64,000 nt of DNA from Lama guanicoe (lineage: Eukaryota): assembly GCA_013239625.1 (NCBI GenBank), contig MU054220.1, forward strand, positions 6,791,367 through 6,855,366, in the 5' to 3' direction. The notes below the pieces were generated by a model, which saw nothing but the letters and a program-made list of their open reading frames with translations, was not told where the DNA came from and ran no database searches. Positions within the stretch are counted from its first letter, which is position 1, and each line of letters starts with the position of its first letter. Both the position numbers and the translations under genes were made by a program. Below, in pieces: positions 12,611 to 26,820 of this stretch.

Positions 12611-15102
12611 ATATATAAACTATTCATTTATGACAACTTTTCTAAAGGCCCTAGGCTTTTGCACTAGTAAGGCGCACAGTTTGACCAGCCCAACTCATTG
12701 ATCCCATTAATCAAATACTTTATTTCTTTCAGAACATGGCTAAATTGATCCTTTCATTCTATTGTATTAATTTTAATTTTCTTCCCGTATCCATTCATTA
12801 TTTTAACATCAGATGTCCTTGGGTGAACTTCTGTGAACTTGGGAACTTAGTCTGCATCATATACCTTGATATGTAACTCAACAAAATGCATGGCTCTGCT
12901 ATTTTGAACGTCTAGTACGGCTCTCTTCTTGACTCTGAGCTCCTTTGGCAATGAGACATTTAGTCTTCTGTTGTCTTTACTGTCCTCTATTGCAATGGTT
13001 TTGCTCTACACTGCTGACCAAACCTGTACCCAGGGCGTACATAGTGACTGGAGAAATTGACACAGTTTCTATAAAATGGGTCCCCAAAGCCTGAATATGA
13101 TACCAAACCAACCTTATTCTGCAGTTCCAAAAATAGTTAAATAAAAACAACATTTTGGAGACCTATGTATTTTCATCCTATGATCATATTAAATTTTAAA
13201 GATAACATATTGACATATTTTATGAACATGGGAGCAAATAAACATTTTTCTCTCAACTGGCAGTTCTTTTTATCAATGTATACCTATTTTAACCTTCCAG
13301 CCTTCTTCCTCAGTGAAAGTGGCTTGATTATTTCTTAAAATGCTACATCTAGTGGGAAGATTTTTGAATATTTTCTCTAGTTTATACGTTATAGATCAAA
13401 GTTGGTTTTTCATAACACAAGAAGAAAGTTATTAGCTCTCTTTGCAAAAAATGTAGGCAATTATATCACCTTTCTTTTGCAAATTAAGGGCATATTATAA
13501 ATTCTCCCCTGGAATAAACATTCTTGTTTGGTCTTAAGAGGACAGGTGGATTTGTTTCTTAAGCTGCATATGTCGATTTTTACCTGACACAATACAGCCT
13601 TATGAGACTTTCTGCAAATTACTGTTTCTACTTTTTCCTACCTTTCTGATGGTAATAGATTTGGGTATGGAGAAGTAAAGAGTCCATGATGCCTGGGAAT
13701 TTATTCTTGTATTTTACATCATCTGGTACAATGCTTATATATATATAAAATCTTTAGAGCATGCTATTTGCTTTGTAAGACCAGAAGTTATTAACTGCTA
13801 CCAATGGAGGCAAACCACTATAAAAACAAAAACAAAACACAGATGAAGAAATACTATCTGAAATGGGGTGGAAAGGTTTGAGGTAGAGAACTCCTCTTTA
13901 GTAAAAGGTATGATGTTAGTCAATGATTGAGGAGGTAGGGGTGAAAAATGGGAGTCATTTTGAGAGGAAATGAATTAGAAACACTAAATACATTGTTTTT
14001 TGTGTTACCTGCCCAATACTTGGTCCCAGGCCAGATACCAACCCTCATTTACTAATATTGGTACCGATGGTGACCTTGGTGTTAAATCATGGTTACAGAC
14101 TTTGGGGCAGGATCTGATTTTCCTAATAGTTCTAGCCTTCCTGGATTATTTGATGGGTTTTACTAATGTCCTTAGAATTCAGTTGAATATTCTAGCAGAT
14201 TTACTGGTATAAACAGGTGTCACAAATTTGCCTAACACTTTCCAAAAGCTCTTAGAAATTAGTACTTGTGACACTTGTGTGGAAGCCTATTTATTCAGAA
14301 TTCCGTAGTTAGCAGACTTACAGTTTCTGTTCTCTCCTTTTCATTCTATACAAGGGAAGGATTTTTTGGTAGGTGAAGTTGCTACAGAATTGTGAGCCCT
14401 ACGATAAAGAACCAGAGATAGGATGACTAGTAAGTCACGCTGAAAAAATAACATATATCTGATCATTCTTTCGTCCCCTGGTCCCTGTCAGCCACTTTCC
14501 CTGCTGGCTTATGTGAGAATCTAATTCTTGTCTTTGCAATTTACACGTGTTGAACATATTTCTGTGTCTTTCTTCATCTTCATTCACTGAAGGCCTATAG
14601 CCCAGACTCTCTAGCTTTCCATTCTGAGGCTCTTAGAAGGTTTTGGTCCCCTTTTCACCTTCAACTAATACAAGATTTCTGAATCATAATTATGCCTTGA
14701 ATATGGGACTGATGTGTGAACCACTTGCCTGATAAAGGATATTTCAGGGTTCTGTTGGTTTAATAATACAGGGCACTAAGACAGAAAGGGCACATATGTG
14801 AAAAAAAGAGTTTATTTTTTAAAGTTTTTTTTTCAATATTAGAGATCTCATTTAGAGAGAGAAACCTGACCAGCCGTGTGCGATATATGAAGGTAACAAA
14901 GAAGGATGGAAGATAGTAAGAATATTTTTAAAGTACACAAAAATAATTTATTCTTAATTATAGAATTATTTGTGTTTATAATAGATAATGTGAAAAGTGC
15001 TTCAAAGCACAAAGAAGTTGAAGATGACCTATATTCTCACCATTCAAATATATCCAATTCATGGCATGCTGGCACATTCCCTTTTAAATGTGTACTGAAC
15101 AT

Positions 15103-15325
15103 CCTGGTTAAGATCGTGGACTCTGTTCCCAGACTGGGTAAATCACAGTTTTGTGGCTTTCTGAGAGGGTGACTTTATGTAATCTACTTAACTGTTCTGT
15201 GCCTCAGCTTCCTTATTTGCAGAGTAAGAACAATAGTAGTACTGGTTTCTTGTGAGGATTAAATAAGTGAGTACATGCACAGCTTTTCAAATTATAGCTA
15301 GTCACATTAATACAGTTTCTTGTTC
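15103..15325 (+). mobile_element. SINE MIR
   Basis: TGGTTAAGATCGTGGACTCTG...CTACTTAACTGTTCTGTGCCTCAGCTTCCTTATTTGCAGA...TTGTGAGGATTAAATAAG. Confidence 0.85.
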
Positions 15326-17959
15326 TCTTTGGTAATGATGATGCCACCATGTGATAGGTGAATGGACTTGAAAATTCTGTGCTACTTTTCTTCCCATTAC
15401 CTAAATTAACTACTTTTAACACTTGGCAGTCCATTTTTGAACTGAGTAGTTTTATTGGTAGAAACTAACAAAGCTTACTGATAAGTACTTCTTAATGGCC
15501 TTTTTTGAGTCCTTCACACTTTTAAACCAATAAGTACATTATTTCTTTAATGTTTTTGAGAAATACTTAACTGCTGAGCTTTTTTGATTGATTCTTTCAA
15601 TTCTGAGTGAGGTTAAAATATCCAATAATTCAGATATTCTTAAACCTCTTCTTTGAACTTAGAAGTATACCGACAAAAAGACTATTTCTTTTCATTGACC
15701 CTTAAATTTCTTTCCCCATCAGCCCACATCTACTTACCTGCAAGCCTTGAGAAATAAGCTTCAATAATAAAGGAAAATCTTATTTTGTTCATTCTTTGAC
15801 TTCTTAGAAGCGTCACTGTTGATTTTATAATTATTTAAAAGGATAAAAATAATGAAACAGATCACATTTTCCCCAATAATCAAATTAATAAATGCTGGAG
15901 TACGGCTGAGGCTGGAATATCTTTGGCCACATGTGGGTGAAGAAGCAAAAAATTTGCAACTTATTGCTTAATGCTTGGTTCTTACAGTGACATAAATGCA
16001 AACTCTTAACATGTTTAGTTCTTTAGAGCTACTTGGTGGAGTAATGAAAAAAATAATATTTAGTTCACCAAAGCCACCAAAGATAACCAGATAGAATACA
16101 GCTGCTTATGTTGACTTATCCCCATGAACTGAGGTACCACATTCTATTTGAATGTTAAAACAAACAAGAGACTAGCTGGTTTAATATCCAAGAGACTTAC
16201 TGATCCTGGTCCATTCTGTGTTCCAGAAGGAAAGGAGGGGGATTCTAACATGGAAGGGTCATCTCTCTTAATGAGGCAGCTTGATTTCCCTTCTCCCACC
16301 CCTACCTCTGGGTCTCAATAAATTAGCAGATGTACTTAATGAGGTTCAGGTGTATTTCATATTCAAAAGGCAAAATTCCTGGATATTCACTTTCAAATAA
16401 TCTTTCAACTAGAACATAACCCTGTTATCAGTCCTCAGTCTTTTGCACAAATAATATGTTTTCTCCTAAGTGTTTCTGGTGGTGCTTATAAAGCTTGGTG
16501 GAAATCAGAGCAATGTTGCATCTAGAGTGGATGAAGAGCCCGTGTGTCAGTGTCGGGGGGATTATGCACTTTCAGTAGCCCTATCCCTGGTTCATCACTT
16601 TCTCTGTATTTTCAAGAGTGACATTTGGGCTCCCCAAACATAAAAACCAGTGGGAGAAATTAACTGATTCAACGGAATAACTTTATAATTTTGTAAATGC
16701 AGAAGACTCAAATTACTTCCTATGGAAGATTGTTGTAAATCATTAGAGTTCATTACCAACTCCACCCAATGCTGCCATAAACCAAGTGATTTTGCTCTAT
16801 TATCCAAAAGTATCTAGGTGTACTATATCTCCTATGCCAGGATGTTCATGCAAAAGAAATTCTAGAGGGAGTAGGGGGAGATCTTCAGATAACCCCCATC
16901 TGGAACAAGGCCAATGAACGAGCCCACAGTCTTTCTCCAAATAGGCCCTGAGTAACAAAATACAGCTCATATTGTGATAATTTTCCAAACAAATCAAGAC
17001 CTCTGATTAAATGACTTGAACCTGTGGCTTCCTGCTATTCTAAGGATTATCAATAGAAGCATTGCAGCACAGTTTCATTAGACTCATTGGAGCTATAATT
17101 AACCATCAGAGAGGAACAAAAATTTTTAAAAATCCATTATGATTAATTTTCACAGGATGTCTTGGAAATCTTACAGGAGGCATTAGTATCCTGCCTATTT
17201 ATAATTAACAGATCGCAAACACTGTTGCATTTTCCCAACAGAGACTGCTTAAATGGAAAGCTTTGTTGATACGGGATTTAAATACATGGGCTTGAGTCCC
17301 TGAAAGATGTGTTTTACAGAGATTTTAGGACAATGCAGTATGTTCTCCCGATGAGATGCTCTTGTCATTGCTCCTATTTGATGCGGTCATAAGGGAAAAA
17401 TCTCTCTGGCTTCCTTTGGCTAAGGCAGCGTGTTCAGTGTGAGGATCTGGACTACAAACACACTTTGGAGAGAATTATGCAACCCGTGCAGACACAGCAG
17501 GAAGGAATTAGTTCCTTAGTTAAGTGTTGGAGTCCAGTTTCCAAGGTATTTATATTTAGAATTTGGTCATCACCTCACCCAATCAAAATTGACAAAGGAC
17601 CTCAAATCTGCATAAATGGAGTTAAGTAATTCTCATATAAACCATTCATTTGCTTGAGCTGACGGGTAATATGGTGTTAATGTCTGTCTAGGACTATAAG
17701 AAAATAAAACCTTATTTTGCAGCAATTCCCATTGGCAGGTAGTAACTTCAGAGAGACGCTATTGGGCAAAAGTTGCTGACGCAATAGATTTGCCCTGCTT
17801 CTAGTCTTTCCCGGTCCACTTTAGGGATATTGTTTCTAGGTGAGAATCTCGGATTGTCACTCTGCACTTTGAGCTTTTTCAAAGACAACCATTTCTTTCT
17901 TTATCATGTGCTAAGAACCATTGTAATCTAGCCAAACCTTATACGAATGATCTCAACCC

Positions 17960-18340
17960 CTTCTATTTTCTGATGTTGCTCCAATCTCTTACAAATTAAA
18001 GTTTCAGGGCCTCCCCATGTGCTTTCAAATCTTCCTGCCCTTGCTCTTCTCAATTGGAAAAATTCCTGCTCGACATTTAAAACCCTTAAAACTTTAGGCA
18101 CATGCATACCTTTTATTTGAATCTTTCTCAGTCTAATCTTTTCTATCGCCGCCTCGCAATTAATAATGTGTCCCGCACCAATGCTAACATGACTTGTATG
18201 TCCCTCTATTAGCATGCCCATCAGTTTGAGCTCTAACACTTGAAGGACATGGATTGTGCATCCCCAACACTGAGAGAATGTCTGTCCCATAAACTTCATC
18301 ACCTTGGAAGATATCTGACTCAATAAGTGTTAATTGAAAA
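17960..18340 (+). mobile_element. L2 3' end (degraded)
   Basis: TGAGCTCTAACACTTGAAGGACATGGATTGTG...CCCCAACACTGAG...CTCAATAAGTGTTAATTGAA. Confidence 0.55.
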
Positions 18341-19584
18341 GACTTGTGAATGCACTATTTAGCATACTTGTTTATTTCATCTTGTAAAAACAGTTATGGG
18401 TGCCCATGCTTATATTTAACATGGCTCAACAATGGATGAGGTTTTTCTGGGTTGAAACATTAGCTGATAAATGGTAGCTGTTTTCCATAAATAGATCTGA
18501 AGTAGAGGAGTACAGTAACCTTATTTTAAAAATCTCATTGACTTACTGAGTATGCCAATTAAAAAAGAGAGAGAGAGGATAAGACATGTTTAAGAAGTTA
18601 TTAAAGTTGAATTATGACCTTGCATTTTTATTATACCAAACCTGGAAAGCATGTAAATTAGGAGAGAGAGAAGGCTGAAGCACTTTAGATATCAGTGTGT
18701 AATGGACCATGTACTTTTTGGATGGAATAGACTAGTTATCAATGAAGGGAGATTAAAAATAATTGCCAGCTCATGCCTTACCTGAAGTAAACATTATATT
18801 TGTAACAATAGAATTTTAATTTTTTTCAGTCCCCTTACTAGCCTAAATTATTTGTGGCTTCTAGTTGTTCAGTCATGAAAGGAATGGTATAAAATTCTAA
18901 ACTTCATTCCTTTCCTTTTTTTACCCATGAATCCATTGGCCCATGAGCTTATTATTTGCACTGTGTTATATAGTATCACTTCCTCTTAGATGACTTTTTT
19001 ATATCTAAATATGTATTTTATATTTATTTTACCTATATTCAATAGGTATTCTAGGAGTTTTGAAAAGAAACACGTTGTAAGGCAATAAACTGTTTTTGTG
19101 AAAATGGTAGAGAAGTTCTCACTGAAGGCAGATGAAATGAACCTTACATGTCATGAAACAAAATCAGGGGTAAAAAAAAATTAAGGGCAAATTATACCTT
19201 TGCTTGATAATTCAGTTCCCAACAACAGTAGGAATATCACTTAAGCTAACTGCCAATACGTATGGTATCCCCAGTAGCTTTGCTCATATCTGACTGTGAT
19301 GATATTTTTATTGCATGAAAATGTTGAGAACTTAAACACTTAGAGCAAGGACTGAGGTTTCATTGTGTCCTCAGTTATGGGCAAGACTACAAATCTTAGA
19401 GCATCAAAAGGTATCCAAATGACCCACCACGACAGAGGCAAAAGAAACTTTATAAGAAAAGATGAGAGAGGAATGTTCAATTTCCTGATGACAGCTGAAT
19501 ACTTATCCAGCTGCTCTGAAAGTATCTGGAGGGCAAGTAGACCATCACACCTCTGAGAGATGCCCAAGAGGGAGCCGTCTTTTA

Positions 19585-19775
19585 GAACAACCTGAGGACT
19601 CTGGGATGAAATCTAGGCTCTGTCCTAGAGCGGCTGCGTGAGCTGTTATGAGGCGTATAACACCTCTGATTAATTTTCTCATTTGTAAAATGCTAATAGC
19701 ATCACTTGTCTCCTAGGTTGCAAGGAATAAATAAGATAACATATTCAAAGGTACAGTGCTTTGCATGATGCAAGA
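19585..19775 (+). mobile_element. SINE MIR
   Basis: CTGGGATGAAATCTAGGCTCTG...TTTTCTCATTTGTAAAATG...CCTAGGTTGCAAGGAATAAATAAGATAAC. Confidence 0.7.
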
Positions 19776-21104
19776 TGACAAAAACAATACCAATCTCTTT
19801 CCTTAGAGGAGAGAGTTCTCTGCGTTGGGGTGGCAGCTGTGTTTGTCCATCCCGCCTACACTGCACTCACCCCTTCTTTGAAATCCCAGCTGTCGACAAG
19901 TCGTAATGAGGTCACTAGGGAAAAAAAACAAAGCCAGACAAAACTGGTTTGGACTTCATGTGCCACTAGTTCCAATCCCTGTGGCAGGGTGTGTTTTGTT
20001 TTTGTTTTGTAAGTAAAAACTTAAATGATATGCCTCTAATTTAGTCTTTGTAAATTGCCAAACTGACTTCTGGATCAGGATGACAGATTGGGCGTGTGTG
20101 TTTACGTCCCTTCAAGCTACGTTGAAATGACAGTGTGACATTAAAAGAGGCAAATGCAGAACAATGATCAGTATCAGAAAGTGTGCATTTAACAGTGGAC
20201 ATTTTGAAGAATTCATTGTCCCTGTGACAGTGCAATGAAGGTTTCAGTGGAGGTAGGGACTCTTCTTTCCCACTCAGTTGCAGAGAGTCTTCCAGCTTGA
20301 TGTCAGCAAGTCCAAAGGGCAGAAGAGGGCAGCGGGGATAGACATTTGGGTCATTAACAAAAGCACAGCACACCCAGCAGCAAGACTGGTCAGGTCCCTT
20401 TCTCACTCCCTTTCTCCTTCTGTTTCTCCTCTTGGCCCCATCCTACAATGAACAGCAAGAGTGGCAAAGGATTTTGCCATGCAGAGAAAGCATTGTAATA
20501 TCTCTACAATACTGAGAAGTATGGAGGGGGAAGGGTTTGTTTCCTAGTTTTCATGCTACCACCTGAAAGAGAGAAGCCCAGCAGAGACTGAGGGATGGAG
20601 GATGATTCTCAAAGAGTTTTCAACACCAAGTAAAAGCCTCCTTCTTTTGATACAGAGGTGAGGGCCCTCATATTGCCTGCCTGGTTTCCTGCCAGCAGTG
20701 GCAATACCGCAATATATGGGTGAGAGAAGTATAGAGGGGGCCATCCCAAGTCAAGGGAAGAACCAAGAAACCTGAACTCAGAGCTGCAATTGCATTATAA
20801 GTGCTCCAGATTTAGCTTAGATAGCTTGCCTGTTACAGCTGTTTTTCCGGAGGATGCTAGTGGAGCTTCAGGAACTCATCCTGTGGTTACAGTCCCTTAG
20901 CAAGCATGCTTTGTCTTTGGCTTGTGTGTTCATCTGAGGCGGCTAAGTTTGAGTTAATGAAGGTTATGGGGTAGAGGAAGAAAAATAACCCCAAATTATT
21001 TTATGGTGGTCCTTGCTACTACATAAATGCTCTCAGGTAACAGAGATTTATTCCATTTTCATAAAATTTTTGGTCAGTTCTTCTATTCAGTAGAAGAAGA
21101 CTGG

Positions 21105-21518
21105 GGTCAGTATCAGCTTTCACTAACTAACAATAAAAAAAAACTCAGCAGAATATAATATACATTTATATCTCACTTAAATGACTTCAGTTTGGCTGGA
21201 GTGTGTCTGATTCAGATTTAGGATCTACAAGCATCAGGTGGTGACAGTGAACCTCACATCTCTTTACGGAGCCCAAGGACTGTGGCTGCTTGGGAACAAG
21301 GCAAAGGTGGCAAAGCCAAGTGCACAAGCCTATTTCAAGCATCTGCTCAGGTCACTTCCACTAACTCCCCATTTGGCCAAAGCACATCACGAGGCCAAAT
21401 ACAAAGTCAACAATCACAAAAGCTTATTCAGCACACCATGAGGCCAAGACAAGGGTGTAAATGTATAGAATGATTCCAGGGAAATGAATATTTGAGACCA
21501 ATAATTCAATTTATCCCA
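21105..21518 (-). mobile_element. MaLR LTR, MLT1H/I-like
   Basis: GCACAAGCCTATTTCAAGCATCTGCTCAGGTCACTTCCACTAAC...TTGGCCAAAGCACATCACGAGGCCAA...AATAATTCAATTTATCCCA. Confidence 0.7.
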
Positions 21519-22759
21519 GAGAAAAAGACCAACACACAATTAAAACCACACCAGCTTCCACAACCAATCAGTTTGGTCCCCTCATCCTTCATACAGGTTT
21601 ATACCTAGAGATCAACGAACATTTTAGAAAAAATTAATAGGAAAGAAGATAGGGCAACGACTTCCTTATATCATTTGGTAGAGAGTCATTAGATTCTGTA
21701 AGAATTAAAAACAAAAACAAAAAAACACTGTGATTTCCAGTGGGAATTTCTTAACTCACATTATTTTCACTAATATCCACTGCTCATCCACACTACACAT
21801 GGCAGTGAGCAATAGGATGGTAACGCATAATTGTGGGATTTGCATAAGGCTGAGGTGAAATTTGTATTTTCCTAGATATACCAGTCAGTTTTGGACAGAA
21901 TCTGATAAATCATTAAATTAAATGACAAATATCTCAATAGAGTTTGAAGCTCTAATTTTATTGTCCTGAGTTATTCGAGAAGTCATCACTTCCCTCCATC
22001 CCTCTAGAGTAGTGGATGTAATCTCGGAGCTTCCGATGAAGCACTTCCTTTCCATCTCAGCTGAGGATTGCTTGTAGGTATCCAGGTCCAGTGTGAAAAC
22101 TCATTTTGTTTCCTAATTGCATAGTGACAAGGAAACATTTTAAATTGCACGTTATAAAAAAGAGGAAATGATGACTTTCAATTCTTTCGCTAGTGACCCC
22201 GTACCAAGAGATGCCATTTCAGGGACATCAGTAAGTCTTCTAATAATACCATTAGTGATCTCACTTCTCTTAAAGTAAAAGGGAACTGTTAAAAAATTTA
22301 TTAAATCAATGGACTGTCAGTTTATGATAGTTGTAAACTAATGAAAAGATCTTGCAAACTATGAAATTTGAAAGTTGAAGGACACACTGTAACTACAGGA
22401 ACATGATGAAGTTGAAATTCACACCCAGTTTTTGTTATTACTCATAAATCTTGCCTGACATTAGCAGAACTCTTCAGCTCTGTGAATCATAGACTTGTAT
22501 TCATTCCTGGGCACCATTTCTTATCTTATCCAGACAGAAATGTGTTAATTAGCATAACAACATAGATTGTATAACTGTGTGATAATTATAAAATTGTAGC
22601 TGATTTCACTAAATTCTAAGTCTACAAAGACATTATCATGGCAATTAATGGGAAGACTCTTATCATTTTTGAAACTTGGCAGGTATTTTTAAAAGGTTCT
22701 TTTTCTTGCAACCTGAAGGTAACCCTTATTTTTTGCTTCATCTCAAATAGTCAAAATTT

Positions 22760-22846
22760 CTTCCTCCCTTCCTCCTTCCTTTCTTTTTTTTTCTTCTTCC
22801 TTCCTTGCCTTTTCCCTCCCTCTCTTCCTTGTTTTCTTCTTTTTTA
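22760..22846 (+). repeat. Polypyrimidine low-complexity tract (CTTC/CCTT-rich)
   Basis: Directly visible; almost purely C/T over ~85 bp. Confidence 0.85.
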
Positions 22847-24386
22847 AATTTATTGTCTCCTAAAAACATTTAATAAACCTTAAAAAAACATACATTGTTT
22901 TATCCTCTCTTTAACCTAAAGACCAGTGATGTTTTAGACACTGCCCAAGGTCTTTAGTTATGAAATATTCACCGTAACTGTCATATGGAACAGATTGCAC
23001 CAAGCACTCTTCCAGACCGAATATTTCAAATTAATCCACTTTATTTTAAGTCAACACACATATTTCTTTGACGAAAATAATCTCAAACAATCAAAACAAG
23101 AACAAGGGAGAGGCAAAATGGAAGTGGTATCAGTGAGTTTCACAATGGTGCTCAAAAAATTATTACTGTTATTGCTGGATTATTTATAACAGACAAAAAA
23201 ATCAAAGTCATTTGTCACAACCTCATATTGACTATTTTGTTTTTGCTTTCTCGTGTTCTTTCCTAATGTATTATCACAGTTGAGCATCACAGCGACCCAA
23301 TGAGAGAGGAAGGGCAGATTTTTATTAGAGAAGGCATGTGTTATTTTGGTCCTTTGACCTATTTTATTACAGGGTTCAACTCTTCAATTTTCTCTAGGGT
23401 AAACCTGGGTAGTTGCTTAGTGGCTGCTTGCCAGCTGCTCAAAGGTTTTAGATGATTTTTCAAGGGGGTACTTCACTATTTCTAAATTCTCTGTGAGATA
23501 TGAAGGTATACAGAGTGAATGAGTTAGGCAGAAACCCAAGAGGATGAAGTTTTCGGCGAATACAATGCTTAAGATTAGGCTTTAGTGACATAGATATGTT
23601 TAGGTTTATCTTTCACTGATTAGAATCTGGATAAACATTTCCTCTTTGAACTAAAGAATAACAAATGAATACTTTGACAAAATGTGTAAATCAGTTTTTT
23701 AAATGAGCGGTATCTGTCCAATGAATGTTTCCCTAGGAACTTGTCTGTAAGACATTACTTTCGAAAACATGATCTTATCCCAGTTTACAAAATAATTCTG
23801 GGACTCATCTCTCAGAATTACCTTCAGAATCAATTTACAAGAGACATGAAGACATATCTTATTACCCTACAACTGGAACATATTCTTAACTCAAATGAAT
23901 TAACCCAACTCGAACATTTACCTTCCTTTTCATTAGTCTTAAATTGTTTGTGTCAATCTCCTAACTCAAATCTTTCCCTAATATGATGTTAAAGATAATC
24001 ACATCAAATGCTGTATATTCCTTTTCAAATCAAATTCCAAAAATGTTATAGCCGAAAGTAGAATTTCTGGAGGAAGAATATTATTTGCACAAGTAAGAAA
24101 TAAAAACAAGGCAGATTATTGAACAACTTGGAAATTCACATCTTCTGTATAGATTTACACTTACAACTTTGTTCCTGTGATAGAACATTCTGTCCAGTTA
24201 TTTAAACTATGGTGCCATTTAAGCAGAGATCATTATTAATAGCAGAAGTTTCAAGGGTTGGTAATTAACCAGCACCTCTGATTTAAAACAATAATATGTC
24301 ATTTGAGGACAGTAGTTTTAGCCTATTAACATCTAAAAGTAATTCCTGATTAAAGTAAACCAGTGGTGAAATCAAGCTAAAAGGAC

Positions 24387-24389
<3 letters not shown>

Positions 24390-24418
<29 letters not shown>
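24390..24418 (+). repeat. (GT)14 microsatellite
   Basis: Directly visible. Confidence 0.97.
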
Positions 24419-24421
<3 letters not shown>

Positions 24422-26639
24422 AAGTCTTTACTGTGATTGACAACACTATTATTTAGAATCATATCTAATGAATGGGAATAATATACCCCAGGTTTATAAA
24501 AGATGCACAAATTCAATTAATAGTCTTTGTCACAGAGAACACGAGTAGCAGAGACCCTAAATAAGCAGACATTACCAACGTAACTGTTTGCCCCACATTT
24601 AACCTTCATGAACTGATTCTTGCGCCAATTACCAATTGCAGTGGGACACCCTAGAGGGAGGCAGGGATGCATGGGACTCAAGTTAGTGCATTTAGATTCA
24701 ACCGAGTATTTCAGTTTGATCGAAGTCATTTTTGACTGCTAATAAAGATGCTATGATTTTTGTTTTTCAAAGTGTGTGATTTGGTGGGATGAGCTCAGAG
24801 AAGAGTAAGAGGTAATAGTACATTCGTTTTCATTTATCTGCAAATGAGAGCAACCAGGGCGTAGCTTAAAGCAGAAGTCAGAATAAATGTAGCAAATACA
24901 TTTGGACTTTGTCAGGGTGCAGTAATCATTGTTCCCAGTGATTCTGTCTTAAAACAGGGGACCTGACACAATACTACTTGGGTGTGGTAAAAGGTGTCTG
25001 CAAGTAAATATGCAAAAACATAACGAAGGGAAGTGAATGTTGTTATTAATGAAACAAATTGAGAAGCTGACAGTGAGAAAGGAGGGTGGGGAGACTGATG
25101 TTTGGAAGCAAAATCAGTAATAACCATTTTAAGGAAGAAAAAATTGTTAGGCATGCAGGCTTTGGCTATAATAAATGAATGTAAAGGATTGTAAATCAAT
25201 AATGTAATAAAGGGGGCAGAAAGCTAATGGCCCTTTTGTTTCAAATTGTAAATGACATTTTTGTATTCCACTGTGAACCATAAGTGATGGCTTTGTTAAT
25301 TATGGCATAGGAAGCCTGCCATTTCACTTCTCTGACTACAACAATGTCTACCAAGCTTGGACTTTATTTACACTGCATTTAGGTGCATTAAGGTGTAAAC
25401 TAAGAGTTACAGTTATTCTGACATAAGGAGAACCAGTTTCCCAGGAAAAGATTTTTACCTTTGATGACTGGGGTGTGATTGACTAGGGGGGGAGCAAAAT
25501 TAAGGGCAAAACTAGTGAATAGGAACTTTGGCAAGAGGTAGTTAAAGACCAAAGTATTTTAAGATAATTTTGCTTTACTGAAAAGTCAGACCAGTTAGTC
25601 ATTAATCCTTTGTGTTTCTAGGTATAGAGTACATTATGCCAAGTCTGAAAATGTCCTTATGGTAAAGGTGAGGGCTTGTTATTTGGAAAGCTTCCTGAAT
25701 CTTCTGACAAGGGACAAGAAACCATCATAAAACTAATTAAATTAGAGAAAACAGGACGTCATGCTTTAGTGGGCTGTTCTAAAGTGAAGACTTCAGGTGT
25801 TTCCTGAACCCATCATGAGTTGACTGAAAGTTGGTTAATATTATGTTGTGTATATTTTTGCATTTCATAGATATGTATACATATTTTCATTGTACAAACG
25901 CTGCATCTTCCACTGTTTCCCTTTTTCTTCGTCCCTCCCTTGCCAGTCTTTATACCTGTTTTACATCCATGAAACTTTACTGGCAACCTGCAGGTTTATT
26001 AGCCTTCCTTATTCAGGGGGGAAAAAAAACGCGCCTCTAATCAGTTTTCAATTTGCCAGCTCTCTGATTTTATCAAATGTTCTTTTACTCTAGGACACAT
26101 TTTAAGAACTCTGTGTAAGGGTCAGTTTCAAAGAGGAGTCTCTAAATGCCATTTGTTATAATGGTGTTTAGGAACAGAGCTCTGGTGCTGATCCTTTTTA
26201 TCTATTTTGTAATATTTAAAATAGGGCAGACAGAGGCACTTACCCTCCTGTGTGCCATTCATCATCAGTGTAGCTCTGCTATCTTCCTCGGTATCGTCCT
26301 CTTTTCATATTAAATAGCTCTCGTCCTCTGAAACTCCTGTTAGGAAATGGCTTTACAGTAATCACATCTCTTACCCTTCTCAAGATTTCTTTTCTATTCC
26401 TGCTTTGTCATCTTAGAAATTAGATGAGAAAAAGGAAACGTGCGTCAAATGAGGCCATTCATTCACCATCAACATTTCTGAATTTTCTTTCCATTCGTCT
26501 ATTTGTGGGTCCACAAAGAGGTCTGCGGTGCCAAAAATGCATTCAAAACATTGACGTTGCTAGAATGATAGAAGGCATGTTATATTTGAAGTTACCTAGA
26601 GATGAAAAATAATTTTTATGTAAGCAAATACCACATGTC

Positions 26640-26820
26640 TTGCCAAAGTACCATTTATTTGATGGATGTGCATCCCGTGAATTTGTTCAGAGTCAGCATG
26701 TTAGACGGATCCTATCTAAGCCTTATTTTACAGATGGAGAACCTAGGCTACTCTGCTAATAAACATCAGTGTTGGGATGCCTAACTCTCTGCCCTATAGT
26801 GTTTCCCCTGCATCCTGTTG
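26640..26820 (-). mobile_element. SINE MIR
   Basis: CTTATTTTACAGATGGAGAACCTAGGCT core, antisense. Confidence 0.65.

Noticed and set aside
15732-15740. Perfect minus-strand splice donor CAG|GTAAGT
   Set aside because: No convincing acceptor at exon distance; a lone 9-mer is unremarkable.
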